This document shows positions 7,062 through 14,693 of a stretch of DNA of 25,299 nucleotides, in pieces; the first letter of the stretch is position 1, and every line of letters starts with the position of its first letter. A model generated the notes under the pieces. That model saw nothing but the letters and a program-made list of their open reading frames with translations. It was not told where the DNA came from and did not search any database. The DNA is from a virus, in the IMG/VR virus record IMGVR_UViG_3300012016_000039, positions 1 to 25,299 of that record; one strand, written 5' to 3'. The translations under genes and the position numbers were made by a program.

Positions 7062-7847
7062 ATGAGCAATTCAATATTGCTTAACCAAAAAAAGCAAAAT
7101 TATGATGTTTTTCGATCGTTAGTTGATGGCTCAATTACTTCTATTGATATTCCATTTGGAACTCGTTCAATTAAAGGCATGGCGTTTTATAATTGTAAGT
7201 CAATTAAAAGTATAAAAATACCAAATACTGTGACGGCAATAAATGTGCAAGCATTTTATAATTGTGAATCACTTGCAACTATAGAAATACCTAATACTGT
7301 TACATCAATAGAAAACCGCGCATTTTATAATTGTAAGTCACTTACAAGTATAGAAATACCAAGCGGTATAACAGCATTAGAATACGCTATGTTCCAAGAT
7401 TGTATATCACTTACAAATGTAAAACTCCCAAGTTCTTTGACCACGATATGGGCTTCGGTGTTTGAGGGTTGTTCATCACTTACATCTATAGAAATTCCAA
7501 GTTCTGTCACATCAATAGAGGGTAGCGCATTTTCTGCTTGCACATCACTTACAAATATAGAACTTCCAAGTTCTTTAACAAAAATCGGACCTAATGCATT
7601 TTATTCTTGTGAATTATTTACAAGCATAGAAATTCCAAGTTCTGTTACATCAATAGATTATTGGGCATTTGACAAATGCACATCTTTATCAAGTGTCAAA
7701 GTACTAAACCCAACGCCACCTACCTTGGGTGCTGAGGCGTTTCATTCGACCTCAGCAAATTTAGTGATATATGTACCGGCCGAGAGCGTTTCAGCTTATC
7801 AAACAGCTTGGAGTGCTTATTCTTCTAAAATCCAAGCTATATCTTAA
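7062..7847 (+). CDS. BspA-family leucine-rich-repeat protein (LRR_5)
   Basis: About 8-9 repeats of IEIPxSVTSIxxxAFxxCxSLTS; capping motif PTPPTLG...IYVPAESVSAYQTAWS; ATG 7062 after GGGGA. Confidence 0.88.
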   Translation: MSNSILLNQKKQNYDVFRSLVDGSITSIDIPFGTRSIKGMAFYNCKSIKSIKIPNTVTAINVQAFYNCESLATIEIPNTVTSIENRAFYNCKSLTSIEIPSGITALEYAMFQDCISLTNVKLPSSLTTIWASVFEGCSSLTSIEIPSSVTSIEGSAFSACTSLTNIELPSSLTKIGPNAFYSCELFTSIEIPSSVTSIDYWAFDKCTSLSSVKVLNPTPPTLGAEAFHSTSANLVIYVPAESVSAYQTAWSAYSSKIQAIS

Positions 7848-7867
7848 AATGAAGGAGGTGAGGGATT

Positions 7868-8245
7868 ATATCTCAAGCTTTTAAAACATATAAAAATGAT
7901 CTTAATAGTAATGTATTGGGTTTTATACAAGGGAGTATAAAAACAATAAGCACAAATTCTTTAGGAAATATTACAACAATTCGTAGATATGCGTTTGGAT
8001 ATTGTTCTGATTTAAAAAGCATAACAATTCCAAGTTCTGTTACAGAAATAGGAAACTATGCATTTTATTTTTGCCAATACCTTAGAAATGTTATAGTACT
8101 AAACCCAACGCCACCTACCTTGGGTACTAGTGCGTTTTATGCTACCTCAACAGCATTAGTAATTTATGTACCAGCCTCAAGTGTTTCAGCTTATCAAACA
8201 GCTTGGAGTGAGTATTCTTCTAAAATCCAAGCTTTGCCTAATTAA
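7868..8245 (+). CDS. Short BspA-type LRR paralog, probable non-ATG (ATA/ATT) start
   Basis: Two LRR units and a C-terminal cap nearly identical to the previous gene; perfect SD AGGAGGTG at 7853-7860; frame open from 7862 with no in-frame ATG or GTG near the SD. Confidence 0.7.
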   Translation: MSQAFKTYKNDLNSNVLGFIQGSIKTISTNSLGNITTIRRYAFGYCSDLKSITIPSSVTEIGNYAFYFCQYLRNVIVLNPTPPTLGTSAFYATSTALVIYVPASSVSAYQTAWSEYSSKIQALPN

Positions 8246-8260
8246 AGGGAGGTGATATAT

Positions 8261-8494
8261 ATGGACCCAAACACACCAGACTGGTTGAAACCTTTTTTAA
8301 AAGAAGGTGCATTCAAACCAACTCGAGATTTCTTATCAGATTTGGTACCACAATCTAGACTAGAAGCAATCCTCAAGTATGGATTTCTAAATCTAATGTC
8401 AACTTATGATAATTTTTTAGTAGAAGATGGCGATTTATTTTCAAAGTTTATTACATCGGAAGACCAAATTTTCAAAGTTCTAAGTAAAAATTAA
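8261..8494 (+). CDS. Hypothetical phage protein (77 aa)
   Basis: SD GGAGGTGA then ATG 8261; lies between the LRR and fibre genes. Confidence 0.6.
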   Translation: MDPNTPDWLKPFLKEGAFKPTRDFLSDLVPQSRLEAILKYGFLNLMSTYDNFLVEDGDLFSKFITSEDQIFKVLSKN

Positions 8495-8508
8495 AAAGGA
8501 GAAAAAAT

Positions 8509-9495
8509 ATGGCAGATTATCAATCAGTACACTCAGGTGTAAATATAGACGATGCAGTAACTTCAGTATTAAACGGAACCGCTGGTATTCAGGGCGTGAA
8601 GGTGAATGGGACGGATTTAACACCTGATAGTGGGAACAAAGTCAATGTAGTAGTGCCAACACTTTTGCAGACCACTGGAACTTCTACAACGAGTACTATG
8701 TCACAAAATGCTATTACAACATCTCTTGCACAAAAAGCTGACACTAGCGATCTGAGCCAGGTTGCAACTACTGGTGCATATTCTGATTTGTCTGGAAGGC
8801 CGAATTTGTCTGCTGTTGCAACTACAGGAGCTTATTCGGATCTAAATGGAAAACCAAATTTAGCAACAGTTGCTACTACTGGTGCGTATGCAGATTTGAC
8901 TGGCGCACCAACAGTACCATCAGTTACCCAAAATACTGGTACTTCGACAACAAGTGTTATGTCACAAAACGCAGTCACAGTTGCACTTGGTGCTAAGGCG
9001 GATACTAGTAGTTTGGCAACGGTCGCAACTACCGGAGCATATTCCGATTTATCAGGCACACCAACGGTCCCGTCAGTTGTCCAAGCAACTGGTACTTCAA
9101 CTGCAAATGTTATGTCACAAAATGCAGTAACACTATATTTAAACAATAAAGCTGATTCAAGCAGTCTGGCAACTGTTGCTACCACTGGTTCATATAACGA
9201 TTTATTAAACAAACCCAGCGTTGCAACCAAAAATACGTATACTGCAACATTTTATTCCAATAGTTGGTCCGCAAATGCACCCTATACTCAAACGGTATCA
9301 GTTTCTGGGATATTGGCTACAGACACACCGATTACGGATATTGTATTGTCAAATTCCTCTTCTACAGCAGCTCAAGAACTTAGTAGTTGGGGAAATGTTA
9401 GTAAAATCACGACGGCTGCTAATGAAATTACCGCTACTTGTTTTGATGAAGTCCCAACCGTAAATTTACATATTCAAATGTTGGTTATTAGATAA
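8509..9495 (+). CDS. Tail fibre-like protein with internal repeats
   Basis: 5x L..VATTG(A/S)Y.DL...P and 3x Q.TGTST...MSQNA.T repeats; C-terminal SANAPYTQTVSVSGI...DTPI domain; SD AGGAG. Confidence 0.75.
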   Translation: MADYQSVHSGVNIDDAVTSVLNGTAGIQGVKVNGTDLTPDSGNKVNVVVPTLLQTTGTSTTSTMSQNAITTSLAQKADTSDLSQVATTGAYSDLSGRPNLSAVATTGAYSDLNGKPNLATVATTGAYADLTGAPTVPSVTQNTGTSTTSVMSQNAVTVALGAKADTSSLATVATTGAYSDLSGTPTVPSVVQATGTSTANVMSQNAVTLYLNNKADSSSLATVATTGSYNDLLNKPSVATKNTYTATFYSNSWSANAPYTQTVSVSGILATDTPITDIVLSNSSSTAAQELSSWGNVSKITTAANEITATCFDEVPTVNLHIQMLVIR

Positions 9496-9929
9496 TGTTA
9501 TATAGCCAAAAAATCACAATATTTAACTTTATTGATTCTTCCCAACAATATCACAGTGAAGTTTTAAATAATGTAGAATACCAACAATCATATGCTAATG
9601 AGCGTACACTTGGATTTGACGAATCTATCGACCATCTTATTGTTTTAATCAAATTCAAAGTAGTAAATGATATGAAACAAACTTTAGATGGTAAAAATTT
9701 TTATTTGCCAAACGAGTTTGCAACACTTAGTGACAAAACAAACGCATTTACATTCCAGACACAGCGTGATTTTGTTGCACTTGGTGATTTTTCAAATTAT
9801 GCATTTACTGATTTAGAAACATTCAAAAATGCATTCCCAAATAATATTTTTATTATTAATTTGTGGCGTGAATATCTGAGTGTGTTACCGCACTGGGAAA
9901 TCACAAGTCTAAGGCATATGGGGCGCTGA
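9495..9929 (+). CDS. Head-closure / neck protein (A118 gp9-like)
   Basis: ITIFN...YHSEVLNNVE...FTF...DFVALG...LPHWEI pattern; ATG overlaps the fibre stop codon (TAATG). Confidence 0.6.
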   Translation: MLYSQKITIFNFIDSSQQYHSEVLNNVEYQQSYANERTLGFDESIDHLIVLIKFKVVNDMKQTLDGKNFYLPNEFATLSDKTNAFTFQTQRDFVALGDFSNYAFTDLETFKNAFPNNIFIINLWREYLSVLPHWEITSLRHMGR

Positions 9930-10001
9930 ACCCCGTTAACAACGGCTCTTAGGGAACTGACCCAAAAAACAGTAATTAGGGAGCTAACCCTTAAAAAAGC
10001 T
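9920..10001 (+). promoter_or_regulatory. Three tandem H-type pseudoknot-like elements in the scaffold leader
   Basis: GGGG-CGCTGAA-CCCC..CGGC (9920-9946), GGG-AACTGA-CCC..CAGT (9952-9973), AGGG-AGCTAA-CCCT..AGCT (9978-10001); stem 2 covaries; SD GGAGG at 10003-10007 follows immediately. Confidence 0.6.
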
Positions 10002-10012
10002 TGGAGGTATAT

Positions 10013-10519
10013 ATGAGCAATGAAATAGTAACACAGCAGTTAGAATCTGAGAATAGTGACGAAGAAACTGCAAATGTATCAGAACCTATTGAAGAAGCAA
10101 AATTTGATTATAGGAAAGCGAGAGAAGAAAGGATAATTAGAAATACTGAAAGACGCATTTTGAAAGACTTAGGTGAGCATTCCTTTGAAGAAATAAAAGA
10201 AAAATTGAAAAGTAGAGCAAATGCTATAAAAGAATTAGAAACGCAAAAGAATAACGGTAGAAAATTCAATGTATTATCAAGTGGATTTGATGATCAATTT
10301 GTAGATTTTATAGTGCACGATATTACTCGGACATTAAAAGATGGAGCGAGTTTTGATGATGCACTTGAAAAATATAAAAAGACACATCCGCAGTTTTTAA
10401 GGAATAGCCCTAAAGGACCAATGATAAATACGGCACCAACTTTTGAAAATAATCAGGTTTCGGTGTCTTCACATGCACGAATGAACGATTTTTTCCGTGG
10501 GAAAATAAATAAATTTTAA
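10013..10519 (+). CDS. Capsid scaffolding protein
   Basis: Acidic N-terminus, coiled coil, FDDALEKYKKTHPQFL motif; directly before the capsid gene; SD GGAGG. Confidence 0.78.
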   Translation: MSNEIVTQQLESENSDEETANVSEPIEEAKFDYRKAREERIIRNTERRILKDLGEHSFEEIKEKLKSRANAIKELETQKNNGRKFNVLSSGFDDQFVDFIVHDITRTLKDGASFDDALEKYKKTHPQFLRNSPKGPMINTAPTFENNQVSVSSHARMNDFFRGKINKF

Positions 10520-10530
10520 GGAGAAATACT

Positions 10531-11664
10531 ATGGCAGATTATATTACTAGAACTTCAGCACAGGCGTTGATACCCCCAGAAATATCGCGAGAAATTATAC
10601 AAGGTGCCCTTAGATATTCTGTAGCACTTCGTATATTTAGACGTACTCGTAATATGCTTCGTGACGAGCTTTTAATGCCAGCGCTTTCAATGTTACCACA
10701 AGGTGGATGGCTTAATTCAGACAATGCGATAAAACCATTAACCTCGCAGGCGTGGGAAATGGTTGAGATGTACGCTGAAGAATATGCAGCACGTGTAATT
10801 ATTCCTGATAATGTACGAGAGGATGCTGCGTACGATATGTGGGGCGAGATATTACCTAGACTTTCTGAAGTATATGGCAAGGCGTTTGACCAGGCTGTAT
10901 TTATGGGAATTGATAAACCAAGAAGGTTTAGATCTGATATTGTTACCGCCTGTTATCAGGCAGGCGCGGTTGTGCAGCAGACGACAAATATAAATAATGA
11001 TATAAATAATGCACTGAGTTTAGTAGAGCAGTCAGGATACAACCCCACCGCATTGGTAGCGGGTGTGGGGATGAAAGCAAAATTTAGGATGAATGTTGAC
11101 ACTATTGGACAGCCAATATGGTTTCCGTTCATTGAGGCACTCGACAAATATTATCTGGACAATGGTGCATGGGATGATTCAAGAGCACTTTTGATAGTAG
11201 GTGACTTCCAACAGGCGTTGTATTCTGTAAGGGAAGATATGTCAGTTAGGATTTCAGCAGATGCTGCGACTAATATGACTGATGGTTTACACAGCATGTT
11301 TGATGAAGACAGTCAGGTTATGCGTGCTAAATGGAGAATTGGATTTGCTATTCCAAACCCGATTAATATTTTAAATCAGACTGGTTCAAGGTTCCCGTTC
11401 GCTATTATTGCTGCAAACCCACAAACCACAACTTACACTGTGACGTTCACTGTTGTTGATTCTACTTCAGCGCCGGTCGAAAATATAAAAGTGAAGTTTG
11501 GTGGAATGAGTGCCAAAACAAATTCAAGCGGTATTGTAGAATTTGTTTCGCAGCCAAATCAAAATTATATGTACACTGTTTATAACTCAAATGGCACGAT
11601 CTACAAACGCGATGATGTCCAGGTAGCAACATCTAATGTGAATATTTCCGTGACGTTAGATTAA
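10531..11664 (+). CDS. Major capsid protein (HK97 fold) with C-terminal Ig-like extension
   Basis: ALIPPEISREII, EEYAARVIIPDNVREDA, AFDQAVFMG and LIVGDF motifs; beta-rich about 80 aa tail starting TTYTVTFTV. Confidence 0.9.
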   Translation: MADYITRTSAQALIPPEISREIIQGALRYSVALRIFRRTRNMLRDELLMPALSMLPQGGWLNSDNAIKPLTSQAWEMVEMYAEEYAARVIIPDNVREDAAYDMWGEILPRLSEVYGKAFDQAVFMGIDKPRRFRSDIVTACYQAGAVVQQTTNINNDINNALSLVEQSGYNPTALVAGVGMKAKFRMNVDTIGQPIWFPFIEALDKYYLDNGAWDDSRALLIVGDFQQALYSVREDMSVRISADAATNMTDGLHSMFDEDSQVMRAKWRIGFAIPNPINILNQTGSRFPFAIIAANPQTTTYTVTFTVVDSTSAPVENIKVKFGGMSAKTNSSGIVEFVSQPNQNYMYTVYNSNGTIYKRDDVQVATSNVNISVTLD

Positions 11665-11697
11665 CCTTGACGGATTTGTAGTTTGAGGTATAATAAA

Positions 11698-11789
11698 GGC
11701 AGGATAACCGCTATAGCGGTTAGTCCACATAGATTCAGCATTTGATTGTTTTATAATCGCTTGCTTCTTCCACAAGCAGCGGTTATTTT
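11698..11789 (+). ncRNA. sRNA S8, family A putative antitoxin (cognate of T5)
   Basis: TTGACG(11667)-16-TATAAT(11689); AACCGC-TATA-GCGGTT hairpin; ATAATCGCT...AGCGGTTAT terminator. Confidence 0.7.
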
Positions 11790-11848
11790 CTTAGCAGCAA
11801 AAGTATTATTAATAAAATTAAAAATATCAACAGTAAATCTGCTGTCAT
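11783..11848 (-). CDS. T5 small hydrophobic peptide, putative type I toxin (MTADLLLIFLILLIILLLLRK, 21 aa)
   Basis: Manual translation; SD AGGAGGTG inside CTCCTTTTAAAGGAG stem; TATAAT at 11908-11913 (-). Confidence 0.75.
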   Translation of the reverse strand: MTADLLLIFLILLIILLLLRK

Positions 11849-11925
11849 AATCATCACCTCCTTTAAAAGGAGAGTGACTAACCGCCTTGGGACATCCTGC
11901 CGTTAATATTATAAAAAACTATAAA

Positions 11926-11970
11926 CTATTTAACAATATATTGAAAGATTTATAGTTTGTGATGTAATAG
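11926..11970 (+). repeat. 45-bp promoter-containing direct repeat, left flank of the dam block
   Basis: 40/45 identical to 13028-13072; a shorter related copy lies at 13333-13371. Confidence 0.8.
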
Positions 11971-11971
11971 A

Positions 11972-12052
11972 GACACGGCTTTGAATGGGCCGCTATGATT
12001 ATTCTTTTATTATAATAATAACAACCACATCGGTAGTGTGGCTGTTATTTTT
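11972..12052 (+). ncRNA. sRNA S9, family B antitoxin-like RNA whose toxin gene is 5'-truncated
   Basis: TTGAAA(11941)-16-TGTAAT; GGCTT...GGGCC hairpin; AACAACCACA...TGTGGCTGTT terminator; antisense frame KEHKNNSHTTDVVVIIIIKE* matches the T10 C-terminus. Confidence 0.62.
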
Positions 12053-12149
12053 GTGCTCTTTTTCTGCATTCTTGCGATTGGCTGCGAAAGAATATGCGAC
12101 AAAACATGCTAAGACATCAAACGTTGACCAAAGATAGGAGACGCGCATT

Positions 12150-12977
12150 TTGGGGGAAAAACTTGTACGACCTATTCTAACGTGGGTAGGCGGGAAACGA
12201 CAACTTCTGAAAGAAATAGAGAAAAGACTACCAAAAATAATTTCCTATTATGTCGAGCCGTTTGTTGGTGGTGGTGCGGTCGTATTTGGCATGCAACCTC
12301 AATATGCACGAATCAACGATTATAACAAAGAGCTGATTAATGTATATAGGGTTGTCAGAGACAACCCAGATGCTTTAATAGAAGAACTCAAGAATCATGA
12401 AAAGAAAAATGACGAATCTGGTAGCGAATGGTTCTACTTTGTTCGAGGTATAGATAGAACGCCCGAGTTTAAAAATTTGTCAGATGTCAAGCGTGCTGCA
12501 CGCATGATTTACCTAAACAAGACTTGTTACAGCGGGAAGTTTAAAGTGAATTCTGCTGGACAGTTTAATAATTCATATGCTCGATATAAACATCCTAATA
12601 TTGTAAACGAAGTTGGCATTCGCGCACTGCATGGATATTTTTGCAATGCAAATATCGAAATGTGCGAGGGTGATTTTGCGGATTGCTTAATAGACCTACC
12701 TAAAGGGGCATTTGTGTATTTAGACCCGCCATATATGCATGCATATACTGGCTATACGCAATGCGGTTTCGGATACGACGAGCAAGTACGATTACGTGAT
12801 GAATGTGCCAAATTGCGTGAGCAGGGCATACATTTCTTGCAATCAAATAGTGACTGCGAAGAGATTCGAGAGCTATACAAGAGTTTCAAAATTGAAACAG
12901 TATATGCAAAACACTCTCTTGGCCCTGTGGTTAGTGACAGACGTGGCACAGTGAAGGAGGTGTTAATTAGTGGCTGA
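12150..12977 (+). CDS. dam: Dam-family DNA adenine (N6) methyltransferase
   Basis: WVGGKRQLL, YVEPFVGGGAV, YLNKTCYSG and VYLDPPY motifs; TTG start after AGGAG. Confidence 0.93.
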   Translation: MGEKLVRPILTWVGGKRQLLKEIEKRLPKIISYYVEPFVGGGAVVFGMQPQYARINDYNKELINVYRVVRDNPDALIEELKNHEKKNDESGSEWFYFVRGIDRTPEFKNLSDVKRAARMIYLNKTCYSGKFKVNSAGQFNNSYARYKHPNIVNEVGIRALHGYFCNANIEMCEGDFADCLIDLPKGAFVYLDPPYMHAYTGYTQCGFGYDEQVRLRDECAKLREQGIHFLQSNSDCEEIRELYKSFKIETVYAKHSLGPVVSDRRGTVKEVLISG

Positions 12978-13035
12978 GACAATTGGCAAAACAGATAATG
13001 CCTGGTTGAAGCTTTTCGAAAAATATCCTATTTAA
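12970..13035 (+). pseudogene. 21-codon 5' stub of a probable restriction endonuclease gene (MAETIGKTDNAWLKLFEKYPI*)
   Basis: GTG overlaps the dam stop, SD AGGAGG at 12955-12960; D.AW.KLFEKY pattern recalled from genes downstream of dam in Firmicutes R-M operons; cut exactly at the repeat starting 13028. Confidence 0.5.
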
Positions 13036-13072
13036 CAATATATTGACAAATTTATAGTTTGAGGTATAATAG
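13028..13072 (+). repeat. 45-bp promoter-containing direct repeat, right flank of the dam block
   Basis: Partner of 11926-11970; contains TTGACA(13043)-16-TATAAT(13065). Confidence 0.8.
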
Positions 13073-13073
13073 T

Positions 13074-13152
13074 AGCGCGCCTGTGGAGCACGGGTTCATT
13101 ACTAAATTTGTATTTTGATAATTACTACCGTGATTTGAGCACGGTAGTTTTT
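13074..13152 (+). ncRNA. sRNA S10, family B putative antitoxin (cognate of T6)
   Basis: 5' hairpin CCTGTG-GAG-CACGGG; CTACCGTG...CACGGTAG-T5 terminator. Confidence 0.72.
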
Positions 13153-13230
13153 ATGATGAGTTCTAAAGAAACTCAGAATTTGCAATATCAATAAAATGAT
13201 ATTCAATATTTGAATAATCTTATTACTCAT
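13102..13230 (-). CDS. T6 small hydrophobic peptide, putative type I toxin (MSNKIIQILNIILLILQILSFFRTHHKNYRAQITVVIIKIQI, 42 aa)
   Basis: Manual translation; SD AGGAGG; TATAAT at 13309-13314 (-); close paralog of T4. Confidence 0.78.
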   Translation of the reverse strand: MSNKIIQILNIILLILQILSFFRTHHKNYRAQITVVIIKIQI

Positions 13231-13372
13231 AAACATCCCTCCTTTCACTAGCCAAACAAGCTAGAGTGGGAGAAATGAACCCGTGCATACCACAAACACG
13301 CTGAGACTATTATAGAGCACTATAAATGTTCAAACAATATATTGACGGATTTATAGTTTGTGGTATAATAGT

Positions 13373-13462
13373 GGCATGACTCGTAAGCGAGTTCATCGTA
13401 AAATATTGAGCATTTTATTTACGACTCCCACGCCGTTTTCGTGGGGGGACGCTTTATTTTTT
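13373..13462 (+). ncRNA. sRNA S11, family B putative antitoxin (cognate of T7)
   Basis: TTGACG(13342)-16-TATAAT(13364); CTCG-TAAG-CGAG hairpin; CGTAAA/TTTACG stem; CCCACG...CGTGGG terminator. Confidence 0.7.
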
Positions 13463-13520
13463 CTATGATTTGAATAAATCTAAAGATTATATTCAAAATT
13501 AATAGTAAAATATTAAGCAA
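13419..13520 (-). CDS. T7 small hydrophobic peptide, putative type I toxin (MLNILLLILNIIFRFIQIIEKIKRPPTKTAWES, 33 aa, TTG start)
   Basis: Manual translation; SD GAGGTGA; TATAAT at 13596-13601 (-). Confidence 0.68.
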   Translation of the reverse strand: MLNILLLILNIIFRFIQIIEKIKRPPTKTAWES

Positions 13521-13635
13521 CTAAATCACCTCACTTTCTCCTTAAACATACAGGGGAAAGTACGATGAACCCAACGAACAAATCACGCCGAGACTATTAT
13601 AAAAAACTTTAATTTTTTTTACAATTGGAGTAATT

Positions 13636-14199
13636 ATGGCACAATATCAATCATCACATTCTGGACAAGAATATGATGAAGCAGTAACAAGGGTACTTCA
13701 AGGTACATGTGGTATTCAAGGTATAAAGGTAAATGGGGCATCGCTGCAACCAGACAGTAATAACAAAGTGAATATCACCTCACAGTCACTTATGTCAGAG
13801 AACACATTTGTTCCTAATTTAATTGGTTTTGTTACTAGCGGGACAGCGAATAACCCAACATATACAACAAATTTTTCATCTTGTTGGTATATGGTATTTG
13901 GTGATATGTGCTACATTAGCATTAATGTTTCATACAATGTCACAACACCTGGAAATGATTATATGGGGCTGAGTAGTTTACCATATAACGCATATTCTGA
14001 AGGTGGAATAAATTGGCCACTTAGTGTTTGCTGTATGTATTCAAGCAGTGCTGATTTTACAAATAATATTGGGGCACGCATTGTTGGTGAACGAATTGAA
14101 TTTATGAATAATAATGGCAAATCATTTATCAATTGTTCCGATTTTTCAAATAGTAGTTGTGTATTTAACATTGCTGGATTTTATAGGGTTGGTGTTTAA
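13636..14199 (+). CDS. Short tail fibre-like paralog
   Basis: First about 48 aa closely similar to 8509-9495 (MA.YQS.HSG...D.AVT.VL.GT.GIQG.KVNG..L.PDS.NKVN); different C-terminal domain. Confidence 0.7.
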   Translation: MAQYQSSHSGQEYDEAVTRVLQGTCGIQGIKVNGASLQPDSNNKVNITSQSLMSENTFVPNLIGFVTSGTANNPTYTTNFSSCWYMVFGDMCYISINVSYNVTTPGNDYMGLSSLPYNAYSEGGINWPLSVCCMYSSSADFTNNIGARIVGERIEFMNNNGKSFINCSDFSNSSCVFNIAGFYRVGV

Positions 14200-14200
14200 A

Positions 14201-14677
14201 ATGTTTATAACTTATGAATATTATACTGAAACGTATAAAGGGGATAAATTAACACAAGAACAATTTGCAAAACAAGCCCCAAAAGCTTGCAGTTTAATTT
14301 CAGATGCTACGATGCTTAGAATATCTGATAGCACTATTAATAATTATCCTTTGCAGATTATTGACGTTGTTAAAAGATGCGCGTGTGATTTGAGCGAAAA
14401 GTATTATGATTTTGACCAGATCTATAACAATATCACAAATGTTGTTTCTGGCAAATCAAATGGAAATATTTTATTTGAAAGATCTGGGCTTGCAGAAATA
14501 CGTTATGGATATTCTGAAGGTATAATAAAAAAGTTTACTGATCCTGTAGAATTCAAGCGTTTTCTATTAGATACTATACATGAATATTTAAGGCCACAAC
14601 TAGTAAATGGAATAGTATACAATTTAACATCTAAGGTTATGTCAAATTCAAAGTGCTGCTTATGCAGTATTATTTAA
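14201..14677 (+). CDS. Head-tail connector/adaptor (A118 gp8-like)
   Basis: MFITYEYYTETYKG...F...A.KA..LI.DAT..RI and VKRCACDLSE pattern; the true start is ATG 14201, not 14114. Confidence 0.7.
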   Translation: MFITYEYYTETYKGDKLTQEQFAKQAPKACSLISDATMLRISDSTINNYPLQIIDVVKRCACDLSEKYYDFDQIYNNITNVVSGKSNGNILFERSGLAEIRYGYSEGIIKKFTDPVEFKRFLLDTIHEYLRPQLVNGIVYNLTSKVMSNSKCCLCSII

Positions 14678-14693
14678 TTTTAGGAGGTTTCTA

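Noticed and set aside
9951-10001. preQ1-I riboswitch
   Set aside because: Similar small pseudoknot with A-rich linker, but the ligand-binding loop consensus is absent and the downstream gene is a phage scaffold
12002-12148. 49-aa minus-strand ORF (MRVSYLWST...IIIIKE) as an intact toxin
   Set aside because: No SD or leader; the N-terminal part is antisense to the dam upstream region and not hydrophobic like the family; treated as a truncated remnant
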